Shown: piece after piece, positions 10,773-20,579 of the stretch
Layout: every line of letters begins with the position of its first letter
Position numbering within the stretch: the stretch's first letter is position 1
Assembly: GCA_963729605.1 (NCBI GenBank)
Contig: CAVSNY010000007.1
Coordinates: 1,152,001-1,216,000, forward strand
DNA length: 64,000 nt
Direction: 5' to 3'
DNA from: an uncultured Gammaproteobacteria bacterium
Lineage (GTDB): Bacteria; Pseudomonadota; Gammaproteobacteria; DRLM01
The notes under the pieces: model-generated
Database searches by the model: none
What the model was told of the DNA's origin: nothing
The model's input: the letters and a program-made list of their open reading frames with translations, nothing else
Position numbers and translations under genes: made by a program

Positions 10773-11615
10773 ATGACTGGATGGTTGTTGAATCACGAGT
10801 TGGCGATCCGTCTCGGGGCGTTTTGCGGCGTCCTGGCGCTGATGGCGGTTTGGGAACGCGCCGCGCCGCGGCGGGGCTTGACCCTGCCCAAGGCAGGACG
10901 CTGGGCCGGCAATCTAAGCATCGTGATTCTCGATACGATAGTGGTGCGCTTGTTGTTCCCCGCCGCGGCGGTGGGCATGGCGGCCTTCGCCGCCCGCGAG
11001 GGGTGGGGGGTGTTTAATTACGTCGCCGCGCCGTCCTGGTTGGCGTTGGTGGTTTCCGTGGTGGTATTGGATTTCGCCATTTATCTCCAGCACGTGATGT
11101 TCCATGCCGTGCCCTTGTTATGGCGGCTGCACCGGGTGCACCACGCCGATCTGGATATCGACGTCACCACCGGCCTGCGGTTTCATCCCATCGAGATCGT
11201 GTTGTCGATGTTGCTCAAGTTCGCGGTGATCGCGGTGCTGGGGCCTCCGCTGATCGCGGTGGTGGTCTTCGAAGTGTTGCTCAATGCCGGTTCCATGTTC
11301 AATCACGGCAATGTGCGGTTGCCGCCGGCCTTGGACCGGGTGCTGCGCATGTTGATCGTGACGCCGGACATGCATCGTGTCCACCACTCGGTGGAGGACG
11401 ACGAGACCAACAGCAACTTCGGTTTTAATCTTGCCCTGTGGGACCGGCTGTTCGGCACCTATCGCGACCAGCCCGCCGCCGGGCACCGGGGCATGACCAT
11501 CGGCATACGCACCTTCCGCGATCCGCGGCTGTGCGCGCGTCTGCCGGGCATGTTGCGCATTCCGTTCATCGGAAAAGTGGAAGACTACGCGCTCAATCGA
11601 CGGCGTTGGCCCTGA
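10773..11615 (+). CDS. Sterol desaturase/fatty-acid hydroxylase family membrane diiron enzyme
   Basis: His boxes QHVMFH, HRVHH, FNH and HRVHHS, plus WDRLFGT. Confidence 0.9.
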   Translation: MTGWLLNHELAIRLGAFCGVLALMAVWERAAPRRGLTLPKAGRWAGNLSIVILDTIVVRLLFPAAAVGMAAFAAREGWGVFNYVAAPSWLALVVSVVVLDFAIYLQHVMFHAVPLLWRLHRVHHADLDIDVTTGLRFHPIEIVLSMLLKFAVIAVLGPPLIAVVVFEVLLNAGSMFNHGNVRLPPALDRVLRMLIVTPDMHRVHHSVEDDETNSNFGFNLALWDRLFGTYRDQPAAGHRGMTIGIRTFRDPRLCARLPGMLRIPFIGKVEDYALNRRRWP

Positions 11616-11743
11616 CTCGGCTGGTGCGAGGTTTTAACCCGGCCGCGCCGAGCGTCGCGGCGACGGTGATTCAATCCAATGTGGCGGACACGGCGGCCAT
11701 GCCGATTTGAGCTTCCTTCGCCGTGGCCGGCGGCGGACGCGGC

Positions 11744-12652
11744 TCAATGGCCGCGCGCGATGATGTAATGCGAGACCCCGCGCAGGGCATCGGCGCGCTG
11801 ATCGAAGTCCGCCAGACTCGCCAAGGCGTCTTCGTGCAGCAGGCGCGCCCGTTCTTTCGCCTCCGCCAGGCCGAGCAGGGACGGATAGGTGGGTTTGGCG
11901 AGGGCGATGTCGGCGCCCTGCCGTTTGCCCAAGGTTTCGGTGTTGGCTTCCACGTCCAGGATATCGTCGCGGATCTGAAAGGCGAGGCCGACGCATTTGG
12001 CGTAATGGTCGAGTCCCTGCAGCGTGGCGGCGTCGAGTCCGTTGCCGCACAGGGCGGCCAGGCGGACCGCGGCGCGGATCAGCGCGCCGGTTTTGTGGAT
12101 GTGCATGTCTTCCAACTGGGCGATGTCCAGTTGCCTACCGACCGCGGCGAGGTCGATGGCCTGTCCGCCGCACATGCCGCGCGAGCCGGCGGCGACGGCG
12201 AGGCTGGCGACCATCTCCACCCGCGCCGCGGGGCTGGCGGCCATGGCCTCGTTGCGGGCCAGGATCTGGAAGGCCAGGGCCTGCAGGGCGTCCCCCGCCA
12301 GGATGGCGGTGGCCTCGTCGAAGGCGCGGTGGCAGGTGGGTTTGCCGCGGCGCAGGTCGTCGTTGTCCATGGCCGGCAGGTCGTCGTGGATCAGCGAATA
12401 GGCATGGATCAATTCCACCGCGCAAGCGGGACCGTCCAAGCGTTCCTCGGGCAGGCCCAAGGCCAGGCCGGTGGCGTAGACCAGCACCGGGCGCACCCGC
12501 TTGCCGCCGCCCAGCACGGAATAGCGCATGGCCTCGTGTAAACGTGAAGGATGCAGGCCGGCGGCGGGCAGGCAACGGGCCAGGGCGTTTTCCACCCGCT
12601 CGCACCAGCCCGGCATGCGCCGGGTCAGTTCGGTGAGGGTTTTAGTCTCCAT
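11744..12652 (-). CDS. ispA: Farnesyl diphosphate synthase
   Basis: [22 protein letters not shown] and FQIRDDILD motifs. Confidence 0.96.
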   Translation of the reverse strand: METKTLTELTRRMPGWCERVENALARCLPAAGLHPSRLHEAMRYSVLGGGKRVRPVLVYATGLALGLPEERLDGPACAVELIHAYSLIHDDLPAMDNDDLRRGKPTCHRAFDEATAILAGDALQALAFQILARNEAMAASPAARVEMVASLAVAAGSRGMCGGQAIDLAAVGRQLDIAQLEDMHIHKTGALIRAAVRLAALCGNGLDAATLQGLDHYAKCVGLAFQIRDDILDVEANTETLGKRQGADIALAKPTYPSLLGLAEAKERARLLHEDALASLADFDQRADALRGVSHYIIARGH

Positions 12653-12878
12653 CGGTGAAGGTTTGTACCACGGCTTGCCCGTCTTTTTCCAAGAGGATTT
12701 CCACTTTTTGTTCCGCGTCGCGCAGGGCCTGCTGGCACTGGCGGGTGAGGGCGACGCCGCGCTCGAAGTCCCCCAGCGATTCTTCGAGGCTGAGATCGCC
12801 GCGCTCCATTTTTTCCACCAGGGTTTCCAGTTCCTTGAGCGCGTCTTCGAAAGGGGCGGTCGATTTTTTCTTGGCCAA
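12642..12878 (-). CDS. xseB: Exodeoxyribonuclease VII small subunit
   Basis: [25 protein letters not shown]; overlaps the ispA start. Confidence 0.95.
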   Translation of the reverse strand: MAKKKSTAPFEDALKELETLVEKMERGDLSLEESLGDFERGVALTRQCQQALRDAEQKVEILLEKDGQAVVQTFTDGD

Positions 12879-12980
12879 GGCTATGCTCCATTAACGAGGA
12901 CGCAACGTTAGCGCACCGTCTCTTGCCGGTCAACGCGTCAGGATAGGGCCGGGGGCGGGAATAAAGCTGGAAACCGAGGA

Positions 12981-13035
12981 TTGACAGGGCGCGGTCTCGG
13001 ACTTAGATTTAGGTCTCGATTAGAATTGTTCTAAA
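12981..13035 (+). promoter_or_regulatory. Sigma70 promoter of the rubrerythrin operon with a downstream ICE/Irr-box-like operator
   Basis: TTGACA (12981)-17 nt-TAGATT (13004); ATTAGAATTGTTCTAAA at 13019-13035 matches TTTRGAAYNRTTCYAAA at 16/17. Confidence 0.8.
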
Positions 13036-13099
13036 AACGACGAAAGGCTCTCGCGCTCATGGCGGGGATTTGGATAGATGTCCAGAAGGAGGAAGTATC

Positions 13100-13519
13100 A
13101 TGGCACTGAAAAACAGCAGGACCGAAGAGAATCTCAAGGCGGCCTTCGCCGGCGAATCCCAGGCCAATCGCCGTTATCTGTATTTCGCGGCCAAGGCCGA
13201 TGTGGAGGGTTATAACGACGTGGCGGCGGTGTTCCGTTCCACGGCGGAGGGCGAGACCGGGCACGCCCACGGTCATTTGGAATATCTGGAAGAAGTGGGT
13301 GACCCCGCCACCGGCCTGCCCATCGGCGGCACCGGCCTGAACCTCAAGGCGGCCATCGCCGGCGAAACCCACGAATACACCGACATGTATCCCGGCATGG
13401 CCAAGACCGCCCGTCAGGAAGGCTTCGACGAGATCGCCGATTGGTTCGAGACCCTGGCCAAGGCCGAACGCTCTCACGCCAACCGTTTCCAAAAGGCGCT
13501 GGACACCCTCGGCAGTTAA
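13100..13519 (+). CDS. rbr: Short rubrerythrin (no rubredoxin domain)
   Basis: [26 protein letters not shown] and ERSH diiron motifs; RBS AGGAGG before ATG 13100. Confidence 0.95.
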   Translation: MALKNSRTEENLKAAFAGESQANRRYLYFAAKADVEGYNDVAAVFRSTAEGETGHAHGHLEYLEEVGDPATGLPIGGTGLNLKAAIAGETHEYTDMYPGMAKTARQEGFDEIADWFETLAKAERSHANRFQKALDTLGS

Positions 13520-13531
13520 TGCAGGTGACGC

Positions 13532-13564
13532 CGCTGGGGATCGACGTCCCCAGCGCGATTTTTC
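13532..13564 (+). terminator. Intergenic hairpin after rbr (partial terminator or mRNA stabiliser)
   Basis: CGCTGGGGA-tcgacg-TCCCCAGCG followed by a T run. Confidence 0.55.
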
Positions 13565-13587
13565 CGCCTTGAGTCTTAAGGAACGTT

Positions 13588-14934
13588 ATGACGGAAGCGA
13601 CGACATCGCCGCGGGAAGGCAGTCTCGAGGCGCCGACCCGCCACCCGCTCGATTGGCGGAGCCCCGAGTTCTACGACGAGGGCGCCTTGTTCAAGGAATT
13701 GGCGCGGGTCTACGACATCTGCCACGGCTGCCGCCGCTGCTTCAGTCTGTGCAACGCCTTCCCCACCTTGTTCGACGCCATCGACAACTCCGACACCTTG
13801 GAATTGGATGGCGTGCCTAAGCGTGTCTACTGGGACGTGGTGGATCAGTGTTATCTCTGCGACATGTGTTACATGACCAAGTGTCCCTACGTGCCGCCTC
13901 ATCCGTGGAACGTGGACTTTCCCCATCTGATGTTGCGCGGCAAGGCGGTGAAGTTCGCCAAGGGCGAGGTCAAGCCCCGCGACAAATTGCTCACCGCCAC
14001 CGATAAAGTGGGCAGGCTGGCGAGTATTCCGGTGGTGGTGGAAGTGGTCAACGCCGCCAACAAGAACCGAACGGCGCGCAAGCTGCTCGACAAGATGCTG
14101 GGCGTGCATCCCGACGCGCTCTTGCCCGAATATCACAGCGACACGCTGGCCAACCGCCTCGCCGGCCACGCCCGGCCCGATCTCGCACCGCAGCCCGCCG
14201 AGGGCACGCGGGGCAAGGTGGCCTTGTTCGGCACCTGTTACGGCAATTACAACGAACCCCATTTGGGCGAGGATCTGGTGGCGGTGTTCGAACACAACGG
14301 CATCCCCGTCAGTTTGATCGAAAACAGCCGCTGTTGCGGCATGCCCAAATTGGAACTGGGTGATTTGGATTCGGTGGCCGCCGCCAAGGACCACAATATT
14401 CCCCTGCTCGCCGCCCTGGTGGATGAGGGTTACGACATCGTGGCGCCGGTGCCGTCTTGCGTGCTGATGTTCAAACAGGAATTGCCACTGATGTTTCCCG
14501 AGGATCCGGCGGTGGCCAAGGTGCGTGCCGCGATCTTCGATCCCTTCGAATATCTGGCGCTGCGCCACAAGGCGGGCAAGTTCAACACCCAATTCAAATC
14601 CGCGCTGGGCAAGGTCGCTTATCACGTGGCCTGCCACCTGCGGGTGCAGAACATCGGTCTCAAGACCCGCGACATTTTGAGCCTGGTGCAAGACACCCAA
14701 GTGGAGGCCATCGAACGCTGCTCGGGACACAACGGCACCTACGCGGTGAAGCGCGAATTCCACGCCGACTCGATGAAGATCGGCAAGCCGGTGGTTACCC
14801 GGGTGCAAAAGGCCGAGGCCGATCATTACAGCAGCGATTGCGCCATGGCCGGCCATCAAATCGAAAACGGCCTGGACGACGGCAGCGCGCCGACCCATCC
14901 CATGAATCTGTTGCGACTCGCCTACGGTATCTGA
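13588..14934 (+). CDS. Rubrerythrin-associated Fe-S oxidoreductase (GlpC/CCG-domain type)
   Basis: CHGCRRCFSLC and CYLCDMCYMTKCP clusters, CCG motif; lies between rbr and DUF3501. Confidence 0.9.
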   Translation: MTEATTSPREGSLEAPTRHPLDWRSPEFYDEGALFKELARVYDICHGCRRCFSLCNAFPTLFDAIDNSDTLELDGVPKRVYWDVVDQCYLCDMCYMTKCPYVPPHPWNVDFPHLMLRGKAVKFAKGEVKPRDKLLTATDKVGRLASIPVVVEVVNAANKNRTARKLLDKMLGVHPDALLPEYHSDTLANRLAGHARPDLAPQPAEGTRGKVALFGTCYGNYNEPHLGEDLVAVFEHNGIPVSLIENSRCCGMPKLELGDLDSVAAAKDHNIPLLAALVDEGYDIVAPVPSCVLMFKQELPLMFPEDPAVAKVRAAIFDPFEYLALRHKAGKFNTQFKSALGKVAYHVACHLRVQNIGLKTRDILSLVQDTQVEAIERCSGHNGTYAVKREFHADSMKIGKPVVTRVQKAEADHYSSDCAMAGHQIENGLDDGSAPTHPMNLLRLAYGI

Positions 14935-14945
14935 CGAGGAAGATC

Positions 14946-15530
14946 ATGCAAAAACTGAGACGTGAAGATCTGTTCACATTGGAAACGTATTCCGCCGAGC
15001 GCGCCGCCTTTCGCGAAAAGCTCATCGCCCACAAGAAAGACCGCCGCGTACAACTCGGCGAACACGCCACGCTCAATTTCGAGGACAGGCTCACCATCCA
15101 ATATCAAATCCAGGAGATGCTGCGCATCGAACGCATCTTCGAGGCCGCCGGCATCAACGAGGAATTGGCGGCCTACAATCCGCTGATTCCCGACGGCACC
15201 AATTGGAAGGCCACCTTCATGGTGGAATATGAAGAGGTTGAAGAACGCCGCGCCGCCCTCGAACGGCTGGTCGGTATCGAACACCGGGTGTGGGCGAGGG
15301 TGGACGATTTCCCGCCGGTGTTCGCGATCGCCGACGAGGACATGGACCGCGCGACCGCACAAAAGACCTCCGCCGTGCATTTTCTGCGTTTTGAGTTGAC
15401 CCCGCCGATGATCGCCGCCGCCAAAGAGGGCGCCGCGCTGGGTATGGGCATCGATCATCCCGCTTATCGTTGCGCGATCGAATCCCTGCCGGAGAACACC
15501 CGCGCCGCCTTGGCGCGGGACTTGGACTGA
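14946..15530 (+). CDS. DUF3501 family protein
   Basis: QIQEMLRIE, YNPLIP and KTSAVHFLRF motifs; known partner of aerobic-type rubrerythrin operons; start at MQKL. Confidence 0.9.
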   Translation: MQKLRREDLFTLETYSAERAAFREKLIAHKKDRRVQLGEHATLNFEDRLTIQYQIQEMLRIERIFEAAGINEELAAYNPLIPDGTNWKATFMVEYEEVEERRAALERLVGIEHRVWARVDDFPPVFAIADEDMDRATAQKTSAVHFLRFELTPPMIAAAKEGAALGMGIDHPAYRCAIESLPENTRAALARDLD

Positions 15531-15677
15531 TCCCATCCGCCGTTCTGCGTAACGGCAAGCCGTGCGCACGCCGTTGCCGGATTGGCGAAGACGAAATTCG
15601 CGGTCCGCTGGAACGTTGGAAACAAGACAACTACGTCGGCGCTGATCGCCGCCGCGACCTATCGGACCGCTGAAAAT

Positions 15678-17279
15678 TTATTTCGCCAGCGTGAAGTAAA
15701 AACACGCGCCCTTGTCGGGCTTGGCCTCCGCCCAGATCCGGCCGCCGTGTTTGTGAATGATGCGCTGCACGATGGCCAGCCCGACGCCGGTGCCGGGCAT
15801 TTCGGCGCTCGAATGCAGGCGCTGGAAAGGCGTGAAGAGTTTTCCGGCATAGGCCATGTCGAAACCCATGCCGTTATCGCGCAGATAATAATAGGTTCCT
15901 TCGTTGGCATCCTCGGCGCGGCCGAATTCGATCCGCGCATGCTCGCGTTTCGAAGTGAACTTCCAGGCGTTTGAGATCAGGTTCTGCAGCAGGGCGTGCA
16001 TGAGGCCGGGATCGCCTGAGACGAAGATATCTTCCGGCAGAACGAAGTCGAGATGGCGTTGCGGCGGGAGTGAGCGCAGCTCGGAAATGATTTCGCGGGC
16101 GATGACGCTGAGATTCACCTGCTCGCGGCGCACCGGCACATGGCTCATCCGCGACAAGGTCAGCAAGTCTTCGATGAGTTGTTCCATGTGGTGCACCGAC
16201 CGCTTCAGGCGTTGCAGGTATTCCCGGCCTTCTTCGCCCAGTTGGTCGGAGCAGTCCTCGAGTAAAATGTTGCTGAAACCCTGCATGTGTCTGAGCGGCG
16301 CCCGCAGGTCGTGGAATACGGCGAAGGAAAAGGCTTCCAATTCCTTGTTGGTCGCCTCCAGCTGCGCGGTCCGTTCGCTCACCCGCTGTTCGAGTTCCGA
16401 ATACAGCCGGATGTTCTCCAAGGCGATCGACGTGCTGTCGGCGAGGGCTTGCAGCAGATTGAGTTCTTCCGGCGTCGCGCGGTGGTGATTCGCCCAGTAG
16501 TTGCCGATGGCGCCGATCGCGGCCGCCGGCCGAATGGGAATCATGGCCAGGCTTTTGACAAACGTCGGACGATAGGCGTCCACCGGAATCCGCGCATCGC
16601 TATAGACGTCTTCGATCACCGCTGCTTGGCCGTTCAACATCGTCCAACCGCTGATACAGGCATTCATGGGAAAACGCCGTCCCTTCCACAGCGGGCCGAT
16701 GGCGTTTTCTTCGACGTAATGACACTGGTCTCCTTCGCGCAACACCAGGGTGGCGCCGTCGGCGCCGGTGAGTTCGCGGGCGGCGTTGCGCACGATGGAC
16801 ATCACCTCTTCAAGCGTGTGCGCCAAGGAAAGTTCCTGGATCGCGGCGATCAAGCGCGCCGATGCGGAAGAGGTATACGATGGCTGGTAATCCTGAGTCG
16901 CCTGCCGATTTTTCGCCAAGGCGTTTTGCACGGCGCTCACCAGTTCCGGCAATTGCGCCTTTGACGCGTAGGCGGTAGCCCCCGCTGCTTCGATCTGTTC
17001 GATCCCGGCCTGGTCGAGATAACCCGATACAAAAATAAAGGGAATGTCCGGGCATTGTTCGCGGGCGATGCGGAAGGCCGATAGGCCGTCGAAGCCGGGC
17101 ACTTTGCTATCCGACAAAATGATATCCATATCACCGCTTTGGATCGCCATGAGGTATTTGTCGCGGGTGTCGACGATGTTGACCGTTGAGCCAATCACGT
17201 TTTTTTTCAAGGCATTGCGGACAAGCTCGGCCTCGTTAAGATCGTCTTCCAGATAGAGAATGCGCGGGGGGTTATTCAT
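15678..17279 (-). CDS. Cytoplasmic hybrid kinase REC-GAF-HisKA-HATPase
   Basis: LEDD...DIILSD receiver, GAF, HDLRAP, NAWKF, DNGMG and GTGVGL. Confidence 0.92.
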   Translation of the reverse strand: MNNPPRILYLEDDLNEAELVRNALKKNVIGSTVNIVDTRDKYLMAIQSGDMDIILSDSKVPGFDGLSAFRIAREQCPDIPFIFVSGYLDQAGIEQIEAAGATAYASKAQLPELVSAVQNALAKNRQATQDYQPSYTSSASARLIAAIQELSLAHTLEEVMSIVRNAARELTGADGATLVLREGDQCHYVEENAIGPLWKGRRFPMNACISGWTMLNGQAAVIEDVYSDARIPVDAYRPTFVKSLAMIPIRPAAAIGAIGNYWANHHRATPEELNLLQALADSTSIALENIRLYSELEQRVSERTAQLEATNKELEAFSFAVFHDLRAPLRHMQGFSNILLEDCSDQLGEEGREYLQRLKRSVHHMEQLIEDLLTLSRMSHVPVRREQVNLSVIAREIISELRSLPPQRHLDFVLPEDIFVSGDPGLMHALLQNLISNAWKFTSKREHARIEFGRAEDANEGTYYYLRDNGMGFDMAYAGKLFTPFQRLHSSAEMPGTGVGLAIVQRIIHKHGGRIWAEAKPDKGACFYFTLAK

Positions 17280-17464
17280 GGATACTCCTAACTCCTACTG
17301 CTTACTGCTCCTGATTACGGCTAACCGACTGCTGGGGCTACTCTATAGTCATCGTCGATAAGCGAATAAACATTAATTATAGACAGACACGCATAAATGC
17401 CTACTCGTCGGCTGCGACTGCCTTTGGTAGAGCGTGTTCATTCGTTGCGGTGAAATGACGCCGC

Positions 17465-17737
17465 TTAGACGGGGATTTCACCCGGTACGATTTCATCCAC
17501 GTAACACCAGATCCAAGCCTCGCCCGGTTCCGCCGAACGGATCAGCGGGTGTCTGGTCGCTTGAAAATGCCGGGTAGCATGGCGGTTCGGCGACGAGTCG
17601 CAACAGCCGACGTGGCCGCAACTGAGGCACAGGCGCAGATGAACCCAGCTGCCGCCGGTCTTGATGCAGTCGTCGCAAAAATTTTTTTCGGTGTGGGTGA
17701 TCCTGATCTGATCCAAATGCGTGCATTGCCGGGACAT
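17465..17737 (-). CDS. UBP-type zinc-finger protein
   Basis: CTH...CDDC...HLRLCLSCGHVGCCDSSPNRHATRH; RBS GGAGGA. Confidence 0.9.
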   Translation of the reverse strand: MSRQCTHLDQIRITHTEKNFCDDCIKTGGSWVHLRLCLSCGHVGCCDSSPNRHATRHFQATRHPLIRSAEPGEAWIWCYVDEIVPGEIPV

Positions 17738-18003
17738 GATCTCCTCCAATCGCAGTCGATTGAGTTTCCTCGATCGATGGAATCCGTTCAGGAAGCGTTG
17801 GCCGGTTTAATAAAGCGGGAAGGCGGTCAGGCTATGGATGACTCCGATGACAGAAGAGTAGCCGCCGCATAGGGAATTACAAGTGCAGGAAAAAATATTC
17901 GTCGCGGCGGACAGTCTATTTCACACGCCGGCTGAAGGCGGATTTTTTCACCGGGGTGATCCGGGTGCCCTGTAAACCGCGGTGGCCGGAAGCGGCGTCC
18001 CCC

Positions 18004-18795
18004 TCAAAACGCGCTTTTGATGACGCCGCCGTCGACGCGCAACGCGGCGCCGGTGGTGGCGGAGGCCAGTGGGCTGGCGATATAAGCCACCAGCGACGCC
18101 ACCTCCTCGGTGGCGGCGAAGCGTTTGATCAGCGAGGTGGGCCGGACCTTTTCAAAAAATGCCTGTTCGAATTCCGCGAAGGATTTCCCTTCGGCCTTGG
18201 CCAAGGTATCGACGAAGTCGCCGACTCCGCGCGATTTGGTGGGACCGGGCAGGACGCTGTTCACGGTGATGCCGGTGCCGGCCACCGCCTCGGCCAGGCC
18301 GCGCGCCACGGCGATCTGCGCGGTTTTGGTCATGCCGTAGTGGATCATTTCCGCGGGGATTTGCACCGCGCTTTCGCTGGAGATGAAAATGATGCGGCCC
18401 CAGTTGCGGCGTTTCATCGCGGGGAGATACAGGCGGGCGAGGCGCACGCCGCTGAGCACGTTGACGTTGAAGAAACGTAACCAATCCTCGTCCGGGATAT
18501 CTTCGAAGGGCTTGGGCTCGAAAATCCCGAGGTTGTTGATCAATATGGCTACGTCCGGATATAAAGCCGCGAGTTGGTTGGCCGCCGCCGCCGTGCTCAG
18601 ATCGCCGGCGTAGCCGTAGATCTCGGTTCCTGTCGCGGACTTGAGCCTGGCCGCCACCTCGTCCACCGCGGCCTGTGACCGGCCGGTGATGATCACGCGC
18701 GCGCCTTCCTGTGCGAGCGCCGTCGCGATGGCGTGTCCGATCCCCGCCGTGCTGCCGGTGACCAGGGCCAGTTTGTCGGTCAATTTGAGATCCAT
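18004..18795 (-). CDS. Short-chain dehydrogenase/reductase
   Basis: TGSTAGIG, NNLG, YGMTK and VDGG motifs. Confidence 0.93.
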   Translation of the reverse strand: MDLKLTDKLALVTGSTAGIGHAIATALAQEGARVIITGRSQAAVDEVAARLKSATGTEIYGYAGDLSTAAAANQLAALYPDVAILINNLGIFEPKPFEDIPDEDWLRFFNVNVLSGVRLARLYLPAMKRRNWGRIIFISSESAVQIPAEMIHYGMTKTAQIAVARGLAEAVAGTGITVNSVLPGPTKSRGVGDFVDTLAKAEGKSFAEFEQAFFEKVRPTSLIKRFAATEEVASLVAYIASPLASATTGAALRVDGGVIKSAF

Positions 18796-19113
18796 GGTGT
18801 GCTACTTGGGTGAGGGGCCTGCACGCAAATCGCGATGAATCCCGGGGTCCGTTCATCGTCTCCGCGGACGACAAAGGCGAAATAACATTCTTGCGTCAGA
18901 AACTCGCTGAATCTCGCCGTTATTGCGTCGAGCTTGAAGTGGAAGGTATGAACGCCGGTCGCGTTCAGGATTTCGTACGGCGATTCGCCGGCCGGGGTTC
19001 CGATGTCATGCGCGGCTTCGGTCCGCGCCGGGTGGATGTCCGCGCTTATGTTTCGCCCCGAAAAAACCGCCGCTGAAAAATCCCGGGACCGGCGCATGAT
19101 GTCCGCTGACCGG

Positions 19114-20235
19114 TCAAGCCTTGCTTGCCGGCAGGGTGAAACGGAACGTTGAGCCGACGCCTTCCCGGCTTTCCACCGTCACTTTGCCGTGGTGGGCCTC
19201 GACGAAGGTCTTGACGATGGCAAGCCCCAGGCCCAATCCGCCTTCCTTATGATTGTCGGTCTCCAGTTTGTCGAAGATCTTTTCGAGACGATCGGCCGGG
19301 ATGCCCGCGCCGTTATCGCTCACCCAACACTCGACCACCGCCGCATCGGCCGACACGCGCGCGCCGATGACCACTTCGCCGCGCGGCGTGTAATTGATGG
19401 CGTTGGCGATCAAATTCTGAAAAATCCGCCGCAGCAGGCTGGCGTCCGCGTAAACGACCAGATCGTCGGGCACGTTGTTGACGAGTTGAGTACTGGCGCT
19501 GCCGCCCACCGGATGAAGGTCGTGAATCAGTGCCTCCACCAGCGGCCATAAATCCAAAAAGCGCCGTTGCAGCTTATCGCCGATTTCGCTGAGCGAGGCG
19601 GTGTTTTCCTGAATGATCTTGCTGACCAGGTCGTCGAGGTGTTGTACGTTGCGGCGCAAGGTCTTCACCATCTGGACGCTTTCAACGCGGGCGCCTTGCG
19701 CCGGCAGACTCATTTCGAGGACGCGGGCGGCCAGGGAAATGGCATTGAGCGGCGTGCGAAGATCGTGCGCCACGAACGCCAGATATTCTTCGCGGCGTTG
19801 CTGGATTTCCAAGGCGCGCTGCGTGGCGTAGGTTTGCACCGCCAGGCCGATGGAGGTGTCGAGGACGCGGTTGAGGATATGGAAGGAAGGGCCTTGCAGA
19901 GTTAAGCCGTTGGCATTGGCGAGGTCATGGATGCACCCGCGCAGGATGTTGTATTCGGCGACGACCTCGGTGATATCGAAACCGTCTTGCACCCGTTGTA
20001 TGCCATGGGCCGGCGGACTGCCTTCGCTGATCGCTTCCGGGATGGTCTCATCCGATCTCGAACGCAGGGCCTCGGCCAGTTCGTCGATCAGCATAGGGAT
20101 GTGATCGTTGAGCGTCGGCACATCGAGATGCTGGGCCGAGGGCAATTGCCGCACCTGTTCCCGCCACTGCGAGAGCAAGGTCGTGCGCTCACGTTTGATG
20201 AGCGCCGCCAGTTGGGCGAGATCGTTGCCGGCCAT
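19114..20235 (-). CDS. Cytoplasmic histidine kinase with a helical (RsbRD-N-like) sensor domain
   Basis: HGIQR...EYNILR N-domain, HDLRTP, DNGAG and GLGLGL; start placed at MAGND. Confidence 0.88.
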   Translation of the reverse strand: MAGNDLAQLAALIKRERTTLLSQWREQVRQLPSAQHLDVPTLNDHIPMLIDELAEALRSRSDETIPEAISEGSPPAHGIQRVQDGFDITEVVAEYNILRGCIHDLANANGLTLQGPSFHILNRVLDTSIGLAVQTYATQRALEIQQRREEYLAFVAHDLRTPLNAISLAARVLEMSLPAQGARVESVQMVKTLRRNVQHLDDLVSKIIQENTASLSEIGDKLQRRFLDLWPLVEALIHDLHPVGGSASTQLVNNVPDDLVVYADASLLRRIFQNLIANAINYTPRGEVVIGARVSADAAVVECWVSDNGAGIPADRLEKIFDKLETDNHKEGGLGLGLAIVKTFVEAHHGKVTVESREGVGSTFRFTLPASKA

Positions 20236-20579
20236 CTTTCCTCCAATTGCCTGTCGCTGTAGCGGGGACATGGGTGCCGTGACGCGCGGGAATTTATATC
20301 ATAAGACGCCCGCCTGTGCGCATCCCCGCCAGTTTATTCGATCCTCCGCGGTCAAGGGTTTTTTCGGTTTCCGGGCGGACCGTATCGGCATGAGATGAAC
20401 GGGGCATCGCTTTATCGGTCCGGGAGCGATTTTTTGCGTCATGGCACCCGGTAATCGGACGGTTTCGGGCCCGCGCCGGGCGGCTTGTTTTGGCCCGGTA
20501 GGGTGTGTAGCATCCAGCCCGTCAATGAAATGCCCGATGCGTGTTCGCGCACGCGCCGCCAGTCATTTAAAGGATCGCA

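Noticed and set aside
17368-17400. AAC...TAGACA resembling the attI-like motif
   Set aside because: The spacing is 8 rather than 6, there is no attC nearby, and the minus-strand TATAAT is better read as a -10 box.
18780-19097. Small ORFs on both strands between the SDR and the kinase
   Set aside because: No recognisable motif or convincing RBS; neither frame can be supported.
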